Source: Eledone cirrhosa (lineage: Eukaryota). From it: a stretch of DNA of 64,000 bases. This document shows, one piece after another, positions 1-15,200 of this stretch (the first letter of the stretch is position 1; each line of letters opens with the position of its first letter). Location of the stretch: positions 376,712,001-376,776,000 of the forward strand of contig OZ024742.1 of NCBI GenBank assembly GCA_964016885.1. Reading direction: 5' to 3'. Under the pieces are notes generated by a model. That model was not told the origin of the DNA and ran no database searches. It saw nothing but the letters and a program-made list of their open reading frames with translations. The translations under genes and the position numbers were made by a program.

Positions 1-67
1 CACACCACTACCATCATCATCACCATCACCACCACCATCATCATCTCCACCATCTCCATCACCACCA
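1..67. repeat. Degenerate (CAC/CAT)n trinucleotide microsatellite
   Basis: caccactaccatcatcatcaccatcaccaccaccatcatcat... read directly; may continue left of the window. Confidence 0.8.
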
Positions 68-209
68 TTAACTCTTAACATCCTGTACCACATGAAACCA
101 CATTAGCATGACATTCTGGAAAAGTAGAAAGTAACACTATGACAGCATCACATTAGAACTTAGTCTTTACTTTAGTTTATGGCAGATCTTCACAGTAGTT
201 TCTCTTCTA

Positions 210-3200
210 GTAAAGTGGTTGTGTAGGTGACATGACAGAAAGCACGCAGCACACACTGTAAATGTGGTTGTGTAGGTGTCATGACAAAAAAGCACCCAGC
301 ACACACTGTAAATGTGGTTGTGTAGGTGCCATGACAAAAAGCACCCAGCACACACTGTAAATGTGGTTGTGTAGGTGTCATGACAAAAAGCACCCAGCAC
401 ACACTGTAAATGTGGTTGTGTAGGTGCCATGACAAAAAGCACCCAGCACACACTGTAAATGTGGTTGTGTAGGTGTCATGACAAAAAAGCACCCAGCACA
501 CACTGTAAATGTGGTTGTGTAGGTGTCATGACAAAAAAGCACCCAGCACACACTGTAAATGTGGTTGTGTAGGTGTCATGACAAAAAAGCACCCAGCACA
601 CACTGTAAATGTGGTTGTGTAGGTGCCATGACAAAAAGCACCCAGCACACACTGTAAATGTGGTTGTGTAGGTGTCATGACAAAAAGCACCCAGCACACA
701 CTGTAAATGTGGTTGTGTAGGTGCCATGACAAAAAGCACCCAGCACACACTGTAAATGTGGTTGTGTAGGTGTCATGACAAAAAAGCACCCAGCACACAC
801 TGTAAATGTGGTTGTGTAGGTGTCATGACAAAAAAGCACCCAGCACACACTGTAAATGTGGTTGTGTAGGTGTCATGACAAAAAAGCACCCAGCACACAC
901 TGTAAATGTGGTTGTGTAGGTGCCATGACAAAAAGCACCCAGCACACACTGTAAATGTGGTTGTGTAGGTGTCATGACAAAAAAGCACCCAGCACACACT
1001 GTAAATGTGGTTGTGTAGGTGCCATGACAAAAAGCACCCAGCACACACTGTAAATGTGGTTGTGTAGATGCCATGACAAAAAGCACCCAGCACACACTGT
1101 AAATGTGGTTGTGTAGGTGTCATGACAAAAAAGCACCCAGCCCACACTGTAAATGTGGTTGTGTAGGTGTCATGACAAAAAAGCACCCAGCCCACACTGT
1201 AAATGTGGTTGTGTAGGTGCCATGACAAAAAGCACCCAGCCCACACTGTAAATGTGGTTGTGTAGGTGCCATGACAAAAAGCACCCAGCACACACTGTAA
1301 ATGTGGTTGTGTAGGTGTCATGACAAAAAAGCACCCAGCACACACTGTAAATGTGGTTGTGTAGGTGCCATGACAAAAAGCACCCAGCACACACTGTAAA
1401 TGTGGTTGTGTAGGTGTCATGACAAAAAGCACCCAGCCCACACTGTAAATGTGGTTGTGTAGGTGCCATGACAAAAAGCACGCAGCACACACTGTAAATG
1501 TGGTTGTGTAGGTGTCATGACAAAAAAGCACCCAGCACACACTGTAAATGTGGTTGTGTAGGTGTCATGACAAAAAAGCACCCAGCCCACACTGTAAATG
1601 TGGTTGTGTAGGTGCCATGACAAAAAGCACCCAGCCCACACTGTAAATGTGGTTGTGTAGGTGCCATGACAAAAAGCACCCAGCCCACACTGTAAATGTG
1701 GTTGTGTAGGTGCCATGACAAAAAGCACGCAGCACACACTGTAAATGTGGTTGTGTAGGTGTCATGACAAAAAAGCACCCAGCACACACTGTAAATGTGG
1801 TTGTGTAGGTGCCATGACAAAAAGCACCCAGCACACACTGTAAATGTGGTTGTGTAGGTATCATGACAAAAAGCACCCAGCACACACTGTAAATGTGGTT
1901 GTGTAGGTGTCATGACAAAAAAGCACCCAGCCCACACTGTAAATGTGGTTGTGTAGGTGTCATGACAAAAAAGCACCCAGCACACACTGTAAATGTGGTT
2001 GTGTAGGTGCCATGACAAAAAGCACCCAGCACACACTGTAAATGTGGTTGTGTAGGTGTCATGACAAAAAAGCACCCAGCACACACTGTAAATGTGGTTG
2101 TGTAGATGTCATGACAAAAAAGCACCCAGCACATACTGTAAATGTGGTTGTGTAGGTGCCATGACAAAAAGCACCCAGCACACACTGTAAATGTGGTTGT
2201 GTAGGTGTCATGACAAAAAAGCACCCAGCACACACTGTAAATGTGGTTGTGTAGGTGTCATGACAAAAAAGCACCCAGCACACACTGTAAATGTGGTTGT
2301 GTAGGTGTCATGACAAAAAAGCACCCAGCACACACTGTAAATGTGGTTGTGTAGATGTCATGACAAAAAAGCACCCAGCACATACTGTAAATGTGGTTGT
2401 GTAGGTGCCATGACAAAAAGCACCCAGCACACACTGTAAATGTGGTTGTGTAGGTGTCATGACAAAAAAGCACCCAGCACACACTGTAAATGTGGTTGTG
2501 TAGGTGTCATGACAAAAAAGCACCCAGCACACACTGTAAATGTGGTTGTGTAGGTGTCATGACAAAAAAGCACCCAGCACACACTGTAAATGTGGTTGTG
2601 TAGGTGTCATGACAAAAAAGCACCCAGCCCACACTGTAAATGTGGTTGTGTAGGTGTCATGACAAAAAAGCACCCAGCACACACTGTAAATGTGGTTGTG
2701 TAGATGTCATGACAAAAAAGCACCCAGCACATACTGTAAATGTGGTTGTGTAGGTGCCATGACAAAAAGCACCCAGCACACACTGTAAATGTGGTTGTGT
2801 AGGTGTCATGACAAAAAAGCACCCAGCACACACTGTAAATGTGGTTGTGTAGGTGTCATGACAAAAAAGCACCCAGCACACACTGTAAATGTGGTTGTGT
2901 AGGTGTCATGACAAAAAAGCACCCAGCACACACTGTAAATGTGGTTGTGTAGGTGTCATGACAAAAAAGCACCCAGCCCACACTGTAAATGTGGTTGTGT
3001 AGGTGTCATGACAAAAAAGCACCCAGCACACACTGTAAATGTGGTTGTGTAGGTGTCATGACAAAAAAGCACCCAGCCCACACTGTAAATGTGGTTGTGT
3101 AGGTGTCATGACAAAAAAGCACCCAGCACACACTGTAAATGTGGTTGTGTAGGTGTCATGACAAAAAAGCACCCAGCACACACTGTAAATGTGGTTGTGT

Positions 3201-6200
3201 AGGTGTCATGACAAAAAAGCACCCAGCACACACTGTAAATGTGGTTGTGTAGGTGTCATGACAAAAAAGCACCCAGCCCACACTGTAAATGTGGTTGTGT
3301 AGGTGTCATGACAAAAAAGCACCCAGCACACACTGTAAATGTGGTTGTGTAGGTGCCATGACAAAAAGCACCCAGCACACACTGTAAATGTGGTTGTGTA
3401 GGTGTCATGACAAAAAAGCACCCAGCACACACTGTAAATGTGGTTGTGTAGATGTCATGACAAAAAAGCACCCAGCACATACTGTAAATGTGGTTGTGTA
3501 GGTGCCATGACAAAAAGCACCCAGCACACACTGTAAATGTGGTTGTGTAGGTGTCATGACAAAAAAGCACCCAGCACACACTGTAAATGTGGTTGTGTAG
3601 GTGTCATGACAAAAAAGCACCCAGCACACACTGTAAATGTGGTTGTGTAGGTGTCATGACAAAAAAGCACCCAGCACACACTGTAAATGTGGTTGTGTAG
3701 ATGTCATGACAAAAAAGCACCCAGCACATACTGTAAATGTGGTTGTGTAGGTGCCATGACAAAAAGCACCCAGCACACACTGTAAATGTGGTTGTGTAGG
3801 TGTCATGACAAAAAAGCACCCAGCACACACTGTAAATGTGGTTGTGTAGGTGTCATGACAAAAAAGCACCCAGCACACACTGTAAATGTGGTTGTGTAGG
3901 TGTCATGACAAAAAAGCACCCAGCACACACTGTAAATGTGGTTGTGTAGGTGTCATGACAAAAAAGCACCCAGCCCACACTGTAAATGTGGTTGTGTAGG
4001 TGTCATGACAAAAAAGCACCCAGCACACACTGTAAATGTGGTTGTGTAGATGTCATGACAAAAAAGCACCCAGCACATACTGTAAATGTGGTTGTGTAGG
4101 TGCCATGACAAAAAGCACCCAGCACACACTGTAAATGTGGTTGTGTAGGTGTCATGACAAAAAAGCACCCAGCACACACTGTAAATGTGGTTGTGTAGGT
4201 GTCATGACAAAAAAGCACCCAGCACACACTGTAAATGTGGTTGTGTAGGTGTCATGACAAAAAAGCACCCAGCACACACTGTAAATGTGGTTGTGTAGGT
4301 GTCATGACAAAAAAGCACCCAGCCCACACTGTAAATGTGGTTGTGTAGGTGTCATGACAAAAAAGCACCCAGCACACACTGTAAATGTGGTTGTGTAGGT
4401 GTCATGACAAAAAAGCACCCAGCCCACACTGTAAATGTGGTTGTGTAGGTGTCATGACAAAAAAGCACCCAGCACACACTGTAAATGTGGTTGTGTAGGT
4501 GTCATGACAAAAAAGCACCCAGCACACACTGTAAATGTGGTTGTGTAGGTGTCATGACAAAAAAGCACCCAGCACACACTGTAAATGTGGTTGTGTAGGT
4601 GTCATGACAAAAAAGCACCCAGCCCACACTGTAAATGTGGTTGTGTAGGTGTCATGACAAAAAAGCACCCAGCACACACTGTAATTGTGGTTGTGTAGGT
4701 GTCATGACAAAAAAGCCCCCAGCACACACTGTAAATGTGGTTGTGTAGGTGTCATGACAAAAAGCACCCAGCACACACTGTAAAGTGGTTGTGTTGGTGA
4801 CATGACAGAAAGCACCCAGCACGCACTGTAAAGTGGTTGTGTAGATGTCATGACAAAAAGCACCCAGCACACACTGTAAATGTGGTTGTGTAGGTGTCAT
4901 GACAAAAAGCACCCAGCCCACACTGTAAATGTGGTTGTGTAGGTGTCATGACAAAAAGCACCCAGCACACACTGTAAATGTGGTTGTGTAGGTGTCATGA
5001 CAAAAAGCACCCAGCACACACTGTAAAGTGGTTGTGTTGGTGACATGACAGAAAGCACCCAGCACACACTGTAAATGTGGTTGTGTAGGTGACATGACAG
5101 AAAGCACCCAGCACACACTGTAAAGTGGTTGTGTAGGTGTCATGACAAAAAGCACCCAGCACACACTGTAAATGTGGTTGTGTTGGTGACATGACAAAAA
5201 GCACCCAGCACACACTGTAAATGTGGTTGTGTAGGTGTCATGACAAAAAGCACCCAGCACACACTGTAAATGTGGTTGTGTAGTTGCCATGACAAAAAGC
5301 ACCCAGCACACACTGTAAAGTGGTTGTGTAGGTGTCATGACAAAAAGCACCCAGCACACACTGTAAAGTGGTTGTGTAGGTGACATGACAAAAAGCACCC
5401 AGCACACACTGTAAAGTGGTTGTGTAGGTGTCATGACAAAAAGCACCCAGCACACACTGTAAATGTGGTTGTGTAGTTGCCATGACAAAAAGCACCCAGC
5501 ACACACTGTAAAGTGGTTGTGTAGGTGTCATGACAAAAAGCACCCAGCACACACTGTAAAGTGGTTGTGTAGGTGTCATGACAAAAAGCACCCAGCACAC
5601 ACTGTAAATGTGGTTGTGTAGGTGTCATGACAAAAAGCACCCAGCACACACTGTAAAGTGGTTGTGTAGGTGTCATGACAAAAAGCACCCAGCACACACT
5701 GTAAAGTGGTTGTGTAGGTGACATGACAAAAAGCACCCAGCACACACTGTAAAGTGGTTGTGTAGGTGTCATGACAAAAAGCACCCAGCACACACTGTAA
5801 ATGTGGTTGTGTAGTTGCCATGACAAAAAGCACCCAGCCCACACTGTAAATGTGGTTGTGTAGGTGTCATGACAAAAAGCACCCAGCACACACTGTAAAT
5901 GTGGTTGTGTAGGTGTCATGACAAAAAGCACCCAGCACACACTGTAAATGTGGTTGTGTAGGTGACATGACAAAAAGCACCCAGCACACACTGTAAATGT
6001 GGTTGTGTAGGTGTCATGACAAAAAGCACCCAGCACACACTGTAAATGTGGTTGTGTAGGTGTCATGACAAAAAGCACCCAGCACACACTGTAAATGTGG
6101 TTGTGTAGGTGTCATGACAAAAAGCACCCAGCACACACTGTAAATGTGGTTGTGTAGTTGCCATGACAAAAAGCACCCAGCCCACACTGTAAATGTGGTT

Positions 6201-9200
6201 GTGTAGGTGTCATGACAAAAAGCACCCAGCACACACTGTAAATGTGGTTGTGTAGGTGTCATGACAAAAAGCACCCAGCACACACTGTAAATGTGGTTGT
6301 GTAGGTGACATGACAAAAAGCACCCAGCACACACTGTAAATGTGGTTGTGTAGGTGTCATGACAAAAAGCACCCAGCACACACTGTAAATGTGGTTGTGT
6401 AGGTGACATGACAAAAAGCACCCAGCACACACTGTAAATGTGGTTGTGTAGGTGTCATGACAAAAAGCACCCAGCACACACTGTAAATGTGGTTGTGTAG
6501 GTGACATGACAAAAAGCACCCAGCACACACTGTAAATGTGGTTGTGTAGGTGTCATGACAAAAAGCACCCAGCACACACTGTAAATGTGGTTGTGTAGGT
6601 GTCATGACAAAAAGCACCCAGCACACACTGTAAATGTGGTTGTGTAGTTGCCATGACAAAAAGCACCCAGCCCACACTGTAAATGTGGTTGTGTAGGTGT
6701 CATGACAAAAAGCACCCAGCACACACTGTAAATGTGGTTGTGTAGGTGTCATGACAAAAAGCACCCAGCACACACTGTAAATGTGGTTGTGTAGGTGACA
6801 TGACAAAAAGCACCCAGCACACACTGTAAATGTGGTTGTGTAGGTGTCATGACAAAAAGCACCCAGCACACACTGTAAATGTGGTTGTGTAGGTGTCATG
6901 ACAAAAAGCACCCAGCACACACTGTAAATGTGGTTGTGTTGGTGACATGCAAAAAGCACCCAGCACACACTGTAAATGTGGTTGTGTAGTTGCCATGACA
7001 AAAAGCACCCAGCCCACACTGTAAATGTGGTTGTGTAGGTGTCATGACAAAAAGCACCCAGCACACACTGTAAATGTGGTTGTGTAGGTGTCATGACAAA
7101 AAGCACCCAGCACACACTGTAAATGTGGTTGTGTAGGTGCCATGACAAAAAGCACCCAGCACACACTGTAAATGTGGTTGTGTAGGTGTCATGACAAAAA
7201 GCACCCAGCACACACTGTAAATGTGGTTGTGTAGGTGTCATGACAAAAAGCACCCAGCACACACTGTAAATGTGGTTGTGTAGGTGCCATGACAAAAAGC
7301 ACCCAGCACACACTGTAAATGTGGTTGTGTAGGTGCCATGACAAAAAGCACCCAGCACACGCTGTAAGGTGGTCTTGTACGTGTCATGACAAAAAGCACC
7401 CAGCACACACTGTAAATGTGGTTGTGTAGGTGTCATGACAAAAAGCACCCAGCACACGCTGTAAGGTGGTCTTGTACGTGTCATGACAAAAAGCACCCAA
7501 CACACACTGTAAATGTGGTTGTGTAGGTGTCATGACAAAAAGCACCCAGCACACGCTGTAAGGTGGTCTTGTACGTGTCATGACAAAAAGCACCCAGCAC
7601 ACACTGTAAATGTGGTTGTGTAGGTGTCATGAAAAAAAGCACCCAGCACACACTGTAAATGTGGTTGTGTTGGTGACATGACAAAAAGCACCCAGCACAC
7701 ACTGTAAATGTGGTTGTGTAGGTGTCATGACAAAAAGCACCCAGCACACACTGTAAATGTGGTTGTGTTGGTGACATGACAAAAAGCCCCCAGCACACAC
7801 TGTAAATGTGGTTGTGTAGTTGCCATGACAAAAAGCACCCAGCCCACACTGTAAATGTGGTTGTGTAGGTGTCATGACAAAAAGCCCCCAGCACACACTG
7901 TAAATATGGTTGTGTAGTTGCCATGACAAAAAGCACCCAGCACACACTGTAAATGTGGTTGTGTAGGTGTCATGACAAAAAGCACCCAGCACACACTGTA
8001 AATGTGGTTGTGTAGGTGCCATGACAAAAAGCACCCAGCCCACACTGTAAATGTGGTTGTGTAGGTGTCATGACAAAAAGCACCCAGCACACGCTGTAAG
8101 GTGGTCTTGTACGTGTCATGACAAAAAGCACCCAGCACACACTGTAAATGTGGTTGTGTAGGTGTCATGACAAAAAGCACCCAGCACACGCTGTAAGGTG
8201 GTCTTGTACGTGTCATGACAAAAAGCACCCAACACACACTGTAAATGTGGTTGTGTAGGTGTCATGACAAAAAGCACCCAGCACACGCTATAAGGTGGTC
8301 TTGTACGTGTCATGACAAAAAGCACCCAGCACACACTGTAAATGTGGTTGTGTAGGTGTCATGAAAAAAAGCACCCAGCACACACTGTAAATGTGGTTGT
8401 GTAGTTGCCATGAAAAAAAGCACCCAGCACACACTGTAAATGTGGTTGTGTAGGTGCCATGAAAAAAAGCACCCAGCACACACTGTAAATGTGGTTGTGT
8501 AGGTGCCATGAAAAAAAGCACCCAGCACACACTGTAAATGTGGTTGTGTAGGTTCAATGACAAAAAGCACCCAGCACACACTGTAAATGTGGTTGTGTAG
8601 GTGTCATGACAAAAAGCACCTAGCCCGCATTGTAAATGTGGTTGTGTTGGTGTCATGACAAAAAGCACCCAACACACACTGTAAATGTGGTTGTGTTGGT
8701 GTCATGACAAAAAGCACCCAGCACCCACTGTAAATGTAGTTGTGTAGGTGCCATGACAAAAAGTACCTAAGCCACATTGTAAATGTGGTTGTGTTGGTGA
8801 CATGACAAAAAGCACCTAGCACACAATGTAAATGTGGTCTTGTAGGTGTCATGACAAAAAGCACCTAGCACACACTGTAAAGTGGTCTTGTAGGTGCCAT
8901 GACAAAAAGCATCCAGCACACACTGTAAATGTGGTTGTGTAGGTGTCATGACAAAAAGCACCCAGCACACACTGTAAATGTGGTTGTGTAGGTGCCATGA
9001 CAAAAAGCACCCAGCACACACTGTAAAGTGGTCTTGTAGGTGTCATGACAAAAAGCACCCAGCACATACTGTAAATGTGGTTGTGTAGGTGTCATGACAA
9101 AAAGCACCCAGCACACTGTAAATGTGGTTGTGTAGGTGTCAGGACAAAAAGCACCCAGCACACACTGTAAATGTGGTCTTGTAGGTGACATGACAAAAAG

Positions 9201-12200
9201 CACCCAGCACATACTGTAGATGTAGTTGTGTTGGTGACATGACAAAAAGCACCCAGCACACACTGTAAATGTGGTTGTGTAGGTGTCATGACAAAAAGCA
9301 CCCAGCACACACTGTAAATGTGGTCTTGTAGGTGACATGACAAAAAGCACCCAGCACACACTGTAAATGTGGTTGTGTTGGTGACATGACAAAAAGCACC
9401 TAGCACACACTGTAAAGTGGTGTTGTAGGTGTCATGAGAAAAAGCACCCAGCACACACTGTAAATGTGGTTCTGTTGGTGCCATGACAAAAAGCACCCAG
9501 CACATACTGTAAATGTGGTTGTGTAGGTGACATGACAAAAAGCACCCAGCACACACTGTAAATGTGGTTGTGTAGGTGCCATTTCAAAAAGCACCCAGCA
9601 CACACTGTAAATGTGGTTGTGTTGGTGACATGACAAAAAGCACCTATCACACACTGTAAATGTGGTTGTGTAGGTGCCATTGCAAAAAGCACCTAGCCCT
9701 CACTGTAAATGTGGTTGTGTTGGTGACATGACAAAAATCACCCAGCACACACAATAAATGTGGTTGTGTAGGTGCCATGACAAAAAGCACCTAACCCACA
9801 TTGTAAATGTGGTTGTGTTGGTGACATGACAAAAAGCACCTAGCACACACTGTAAATGTGGTCTTGTAGTTGTCATGACAAAAAGCACCTAGCACACACT
9901 GTAAATGTGGTCTTGTAGGTGCCATGACAAAAAGCACCTGGCACACAATGTAAATGTGGTCTTGTAGTTGTCATGACAAAAAGCACCCAGCCCACACTGT
10001 AAAGTGGTCTTGTAGCTGCCATGACAAAAAGCACCCAGCACATACTGTAGATGTAGTTGTGTAGGTGACATGATAAAAAGCACCTAACCCACATTGTAAA
10101 TGTGGTTGTGTTGGTGACATGACAAAAAGCACCCAGCACACACTGTAAAGTGGTCTTGTAGGTGACATGACAAAAAGGACCCAGCACATACTGTAAATGT
10201 GGTTGTGCAGGTGCCACGCAAAAAGCACCCAGCACACATTGTAAATGTGGTTGTGTTGGTGCCATGACAAAAAGCACCCAGCACACACTGTAAATGTGGT
10301 TGTGTAGGTGCCATGACAAAAAGCACCCAGCACACACTGTAAATGTGGTTGTGTAGGTGTCATGACAAAAAGCACCCAGCACACACTGTAAAGTGGTTGT
10401 GTAGGTGTCATTTCAAAAAGCACCCAGCACACACTGTAAATGTGGTTGTGTTGGTGACATGACAAAAAGCACCTAGCACACACTGTAAATGTGGTTGTGT
10501 AGGTGCCATGACAAAAAGCACCCAGCACACACTGTAAATGTGGTTGTGTAGGTGCCATGACAAAAAGCACCCAGCACACACTGTAAATATGGTTGTGTAG
10601 GTGCCATGACAAAAAGCACCCAGCGCACACTGTAAATGTGGTTGTGTAGGTGCCATGACAAAAAGCACCCAGCGCACACTGTAAATGTGGTTGTGTAGGT
10701 GCCATGACAAAAAGCAGCCAGCACACACTGTAAATGTGGTTGTGTAGGTGCCATGACAAAAAGCACCTAGCACACACTGTAAATGTGGTTGTGTAGGTGC
10801 CATTTTAAAAAGCACCCAGCACACACTGTAAAGTGGTCTTGTAGGTGTCATGACAAAAAGCACCCAGCACACACTGTAAACGTGGTTGTGTAGGTGTCAT
10901 GACAAAAAGCACCCAGCACACACTGTAAATGTGGTTGTGTAGGTGTCATGACAAAAAGCACCCAGCACACATTGTAAATGTGGTTGTGTAGGTGCCATGA
11001 CAAAAAGCACCCAGCACACACTGTAAATGTGGTTGTGTAGGTGTCATGACAAAAAGCACCCAGCACACACTGTAAAGTGGTCTTGTAGGTGCCATGACAA
11101 AAAGCACCCAGCACACAGTGTAAACGTGGTTGTGTAGGTGTCATGACAAAAAGCACCCAGCACACACTGTAAATGTGGTTGTGTAGGTGTCATGACAAAA
11201 AGCACCCAGCACACACTGTAAATGTGGTTGTGTCGGTGCCATGACAAAAAGCACCCAGCACACACTGTAAATGTGGTTGTGTAGGTGTCATGACAAAAAG
11301 CATCCAGCACACACTGTAAATGTGGTTGTGTTGGTGACATGACAAAAAGCATCCAGCACATACTGTAAATGTGGTTGTGTAGGTGCCATGACAAAAAGCA
11401 TCCAGCACACACTGTAAATGTGGTTGTGTTGGTGACATGACAAAAAGCATCCAGTACATACTGTAAATGTGGTTGTGTAGGTGCCATAACAAAAAGCACC
11501 CAGCACACACTGTAAATGTGGTTGTGTTGGTGACAGCAAAAAACATCCCGCACATACTGTAAATGTGGTTGTGTAGGTGCCATGACAAAAAGCTACCAGC
11601 ACACACTGTAAATGTGGTTGTGTTGGTGACATTACAAAAAGCACCTAGCACACACTGTAAATGTGGTTGTTGTGGTGTCATGACAAAAAGCACCCAGCAC
11701 ATACTGTAAATGTGATTGTGTAGGTGTCATGGCAAAAAGCACCCAGCACACACTGTAAAGTGGTCTTGGAGGTGCCATGACAAAAAGCATCCAGCACACA
11801 CTGTAAATGTGGTTGTGTTGGTGACATGACAAAAAGCACCCAGCACAAACTGTAAATGTGGTCTTGTAGGTGACATGACAAAAAGCACCCAGCACATACT
11901 GTAGATGTAGTTGTGTAGGTGTCATGACAAAAAGCACCCAGCACACACTGTAAAGTGGTGTTGTAGGTGTCATGACAAAAAGCACCTAGCACACACTGTA
12001 AAGTGGTGTTGTAGGTGCCATGACAAAAAGCACCCAGCACACACTGTAAATGTGGTTGTGTTGGTGTCATGAGAAAAAGCACCCAGCACACACTGTAAAT
12101 GAGGTTGTGTAGGTGCCATGACAAAAAGCACCCAGCACACACTGTAAATGTGGTTGTGTAGGTGTCATGACAAAAAGCACCCAGCACACACTGTAAATTT

Positions 12201-15200
12201 GGTTGTGTAGGTGTCATGACAAAAAGCACCTAGCACACACTGTAAAGTGGTGTTGTAGGTGTCATGACAAAAAGCACCCAGCACACACTGTAAATGTGGT
12301 TGTGTAGGTGCCATGACAAAAAGCACCTAGCACACACTGTAAATGTGGTTGTGTAGGTGCCATGACAAAAAGCACCCAGCACACACTGTAAATGTGGTTG
12401 TGTAGGTGTCATGCCAAAAAGCACCCAGCACACACTGTAAATGTGGTTGTGTAGGTGTCATGACAAAAAGCACCCAGCACACACTGTAAATGTGGTTGTG
12501 TAGGTGCCATGACAAAAAGCACCCAGCACACACTGTAAATGTGGTTGTGTAGGTGTCATGACAAAAAGCACCCAGCACACACTGTAAATGTGGTTGTGTA
12601 GGTGTCATGACAGAAAGCACCCAGCACACACTGTAAATGTGGTTGTGTAGGTGTCATGACAAAAAGCACCCAGCACACACTGTAAATGTGGTTGTGTAGG
12701 TGTCATGACAAAAAGCACCCAGCACACACTGTAAATGTGGTTGTGTTGGTGCCATGACAAAAAGCACCCAGCACACACTGTAAAGTGGTCTTGTAGGTGT
12801 CATGACAAAAAGCACCCAGCACACACTGTAAATGTGGTTGTGTAGGTGCCATGACAAAAAGCACCCAGCACACACTGTAAATGTGGTTGTGTAGGTGTCA
12901 TGGCAAAAAGCACCCAGCACACACTGTAAATGTAGTTGTGTTGGTGACATGACGAAAAAGCACCCAGCACACACTGTAAATGTGGTTGTGTTGGTGCCAT
13001 TTCAAAAAGCACCCAGCACACACTGTAAATGTGGTTGTGTTGGTGACATGACAAAAAGCACCCAGCACACACTGTAAATGTGGTTGTGTAGGTGTCATGG
13101 CAAAAAGCACCCAGCACACAGTGTAAATGTGGTTGTGTTGGTGACATGACAAAAAGCACCTAGCACACAATGTAAATGTGGTCTTGTAGGTGTCATGACA
13201 AAAAGCACCCAGCACACACTGTAAATGTGGTTGTGTAGGTGCCATGACAAAAAGCATCCAGCACACACTGTAAATGTGGTTGTGTAGGTGTCATGACAAA
13301 AAGCACCCAGCACACACTGTAAATGTGGTTGTGTAGGTGCCATGACAAAAAGCACCGAGCACACACTGTAAAGTGGTCTTGTAGGTGACATGACAAAAAG
13401 GACCCAGCACATACTGTAAATGTGGTTGTGCAGGTGCCACGCAAAAAGCACCCAGCACACACTGTAAATGTGGTTGTGTAGGTGTCATGACAAAAAGCAC
13501 CCAGCACATACTGTAAAGTGGTTGTGTAGGTGTCATTTCAAAAAGCACCCAGCACACACTGTAAATGTGGTTGTGTTGGTGACATTTCAAAAAGCACCTA
13601 GCACACACTGTAAATGTGGTTGTGTAGGTGCCATGACAAAAAGCACCCAGCACACACTGTAAATGTGGTTGTGTAGGTGCCATGACAAAAAGCACCCAGC
13701 ACACACTGTAAATATGGTTGTGTAGGTGCCATGACAAAAAGCACCCAGCGCACACTGTAAATGTGGTTGTGTAGGTGCCATGACAAAAAGCACCCAGCGC
13801 ACACTGTAAATGTGGTTGTGTAGGTGCCATGACAAAAAGCAGCCAGCACACACTGTAAATGTGGTTGTGTAGGTGCCATGACAAAAAGCACCTAGCACAC
13901 ACTGTAAATGTGGTTGTGTAGGTGCCATTTTAAAAAGCACCCAGCACACACTGTAAAGTGGTCTTGTAGGTGTCATGACAAAAAGCACCCAGCACACACT
14001 GTAAACGTGGTTGTGTAGGTGTCATGACAAAAAGCACCCAGCACACACTGTAAATGTGGTTGTGTAGGTGTCATGACAAAAAGCACCCAGCACACATTGT
14101 AAATGTGGTTGTGTAGGTGCCATGACAAAAAGCACCCAGCACACACTGTAAACGTGTTTGTGTAGGTGTCATGACAAAAAGCACCCAGCACACACTGTAA
14201 AGTGGTCTTGTAGGTGCCATGACAAAAAGCACCCAGCACACAGTGTAAACGTGGTTGTGTAGGTGTCATGACAAAAAGCACCCAGCACACACTGTAAATG
14301 TGGTTGTGTAGGTGTCATGACAAAAAGCATCCAGCACACACTGTAAATGTGCTTGTGTTGGTGACATGACAAAAAGCATCCAGCACATACTGTAAATGTG
14401 GTTGTGTAGGTGCCATGACAAAAAGCATCCAGCACACACTGTAAATGTGGTTGTGTTGGTGACATGACAAAAAGCATCCAGCACATACTGTAAATGTGGT
14501 TGTGTAGGTGCCATAACAAAAAGCACCCAGCACACACTGTAAATGTGGTTGTGTTGGTGACAGCAAAAAACATCCCGCACATACTGTAAATGTGGTTGTG
14601 TAGGTGCCATGACAAAAAGCTACCAGCACACACTGTAAATGTGGTTGTGTTGGTGACATTACAAAAAGCACCTAGCACACACTGTAAATGTGGTTGTTGT
14701 GGTGTCATGACAAAAAGCACCCAGCACATACTGTAAATGTGATTGTGTAGGTGTCATGACAAAAAGCACCCAGCACACACTGTAAAGTGGTCTTGGAGGT
14801 GCCATGACAAAAAGCATCCAGCACACACTGTAAATGTGGTTGTGTTGGTGACATTACAAAAAGCACCCAGCACAAACTGTAAATGTGGTCTTGTAGGTGA
14901 CATGACAAAAAGCACCCAGCACATACTGTAGATGTAGTTGTGTAGGTGTCATGACAAAAAGCACCCAGCACACACTGTAAAGTGGTGTTGTAGGTGTCAT
15001 GACAAAAAGCACCTAGCACACACTGTAAAGTGGTGTTGTAGGTGCCATGACAAAAAGCACCCAGCACACACTGTAAATGTGGTTGTGTTGGTGTCATGAG
15101 AAAAAGCACCCAGCACACACTGTAAATATGGTTGTGTAGGTGCCATGACAAAAAGCACCCAGCACACACTGTAAATGTGGTTGTGTAGGTGTCATGACAA

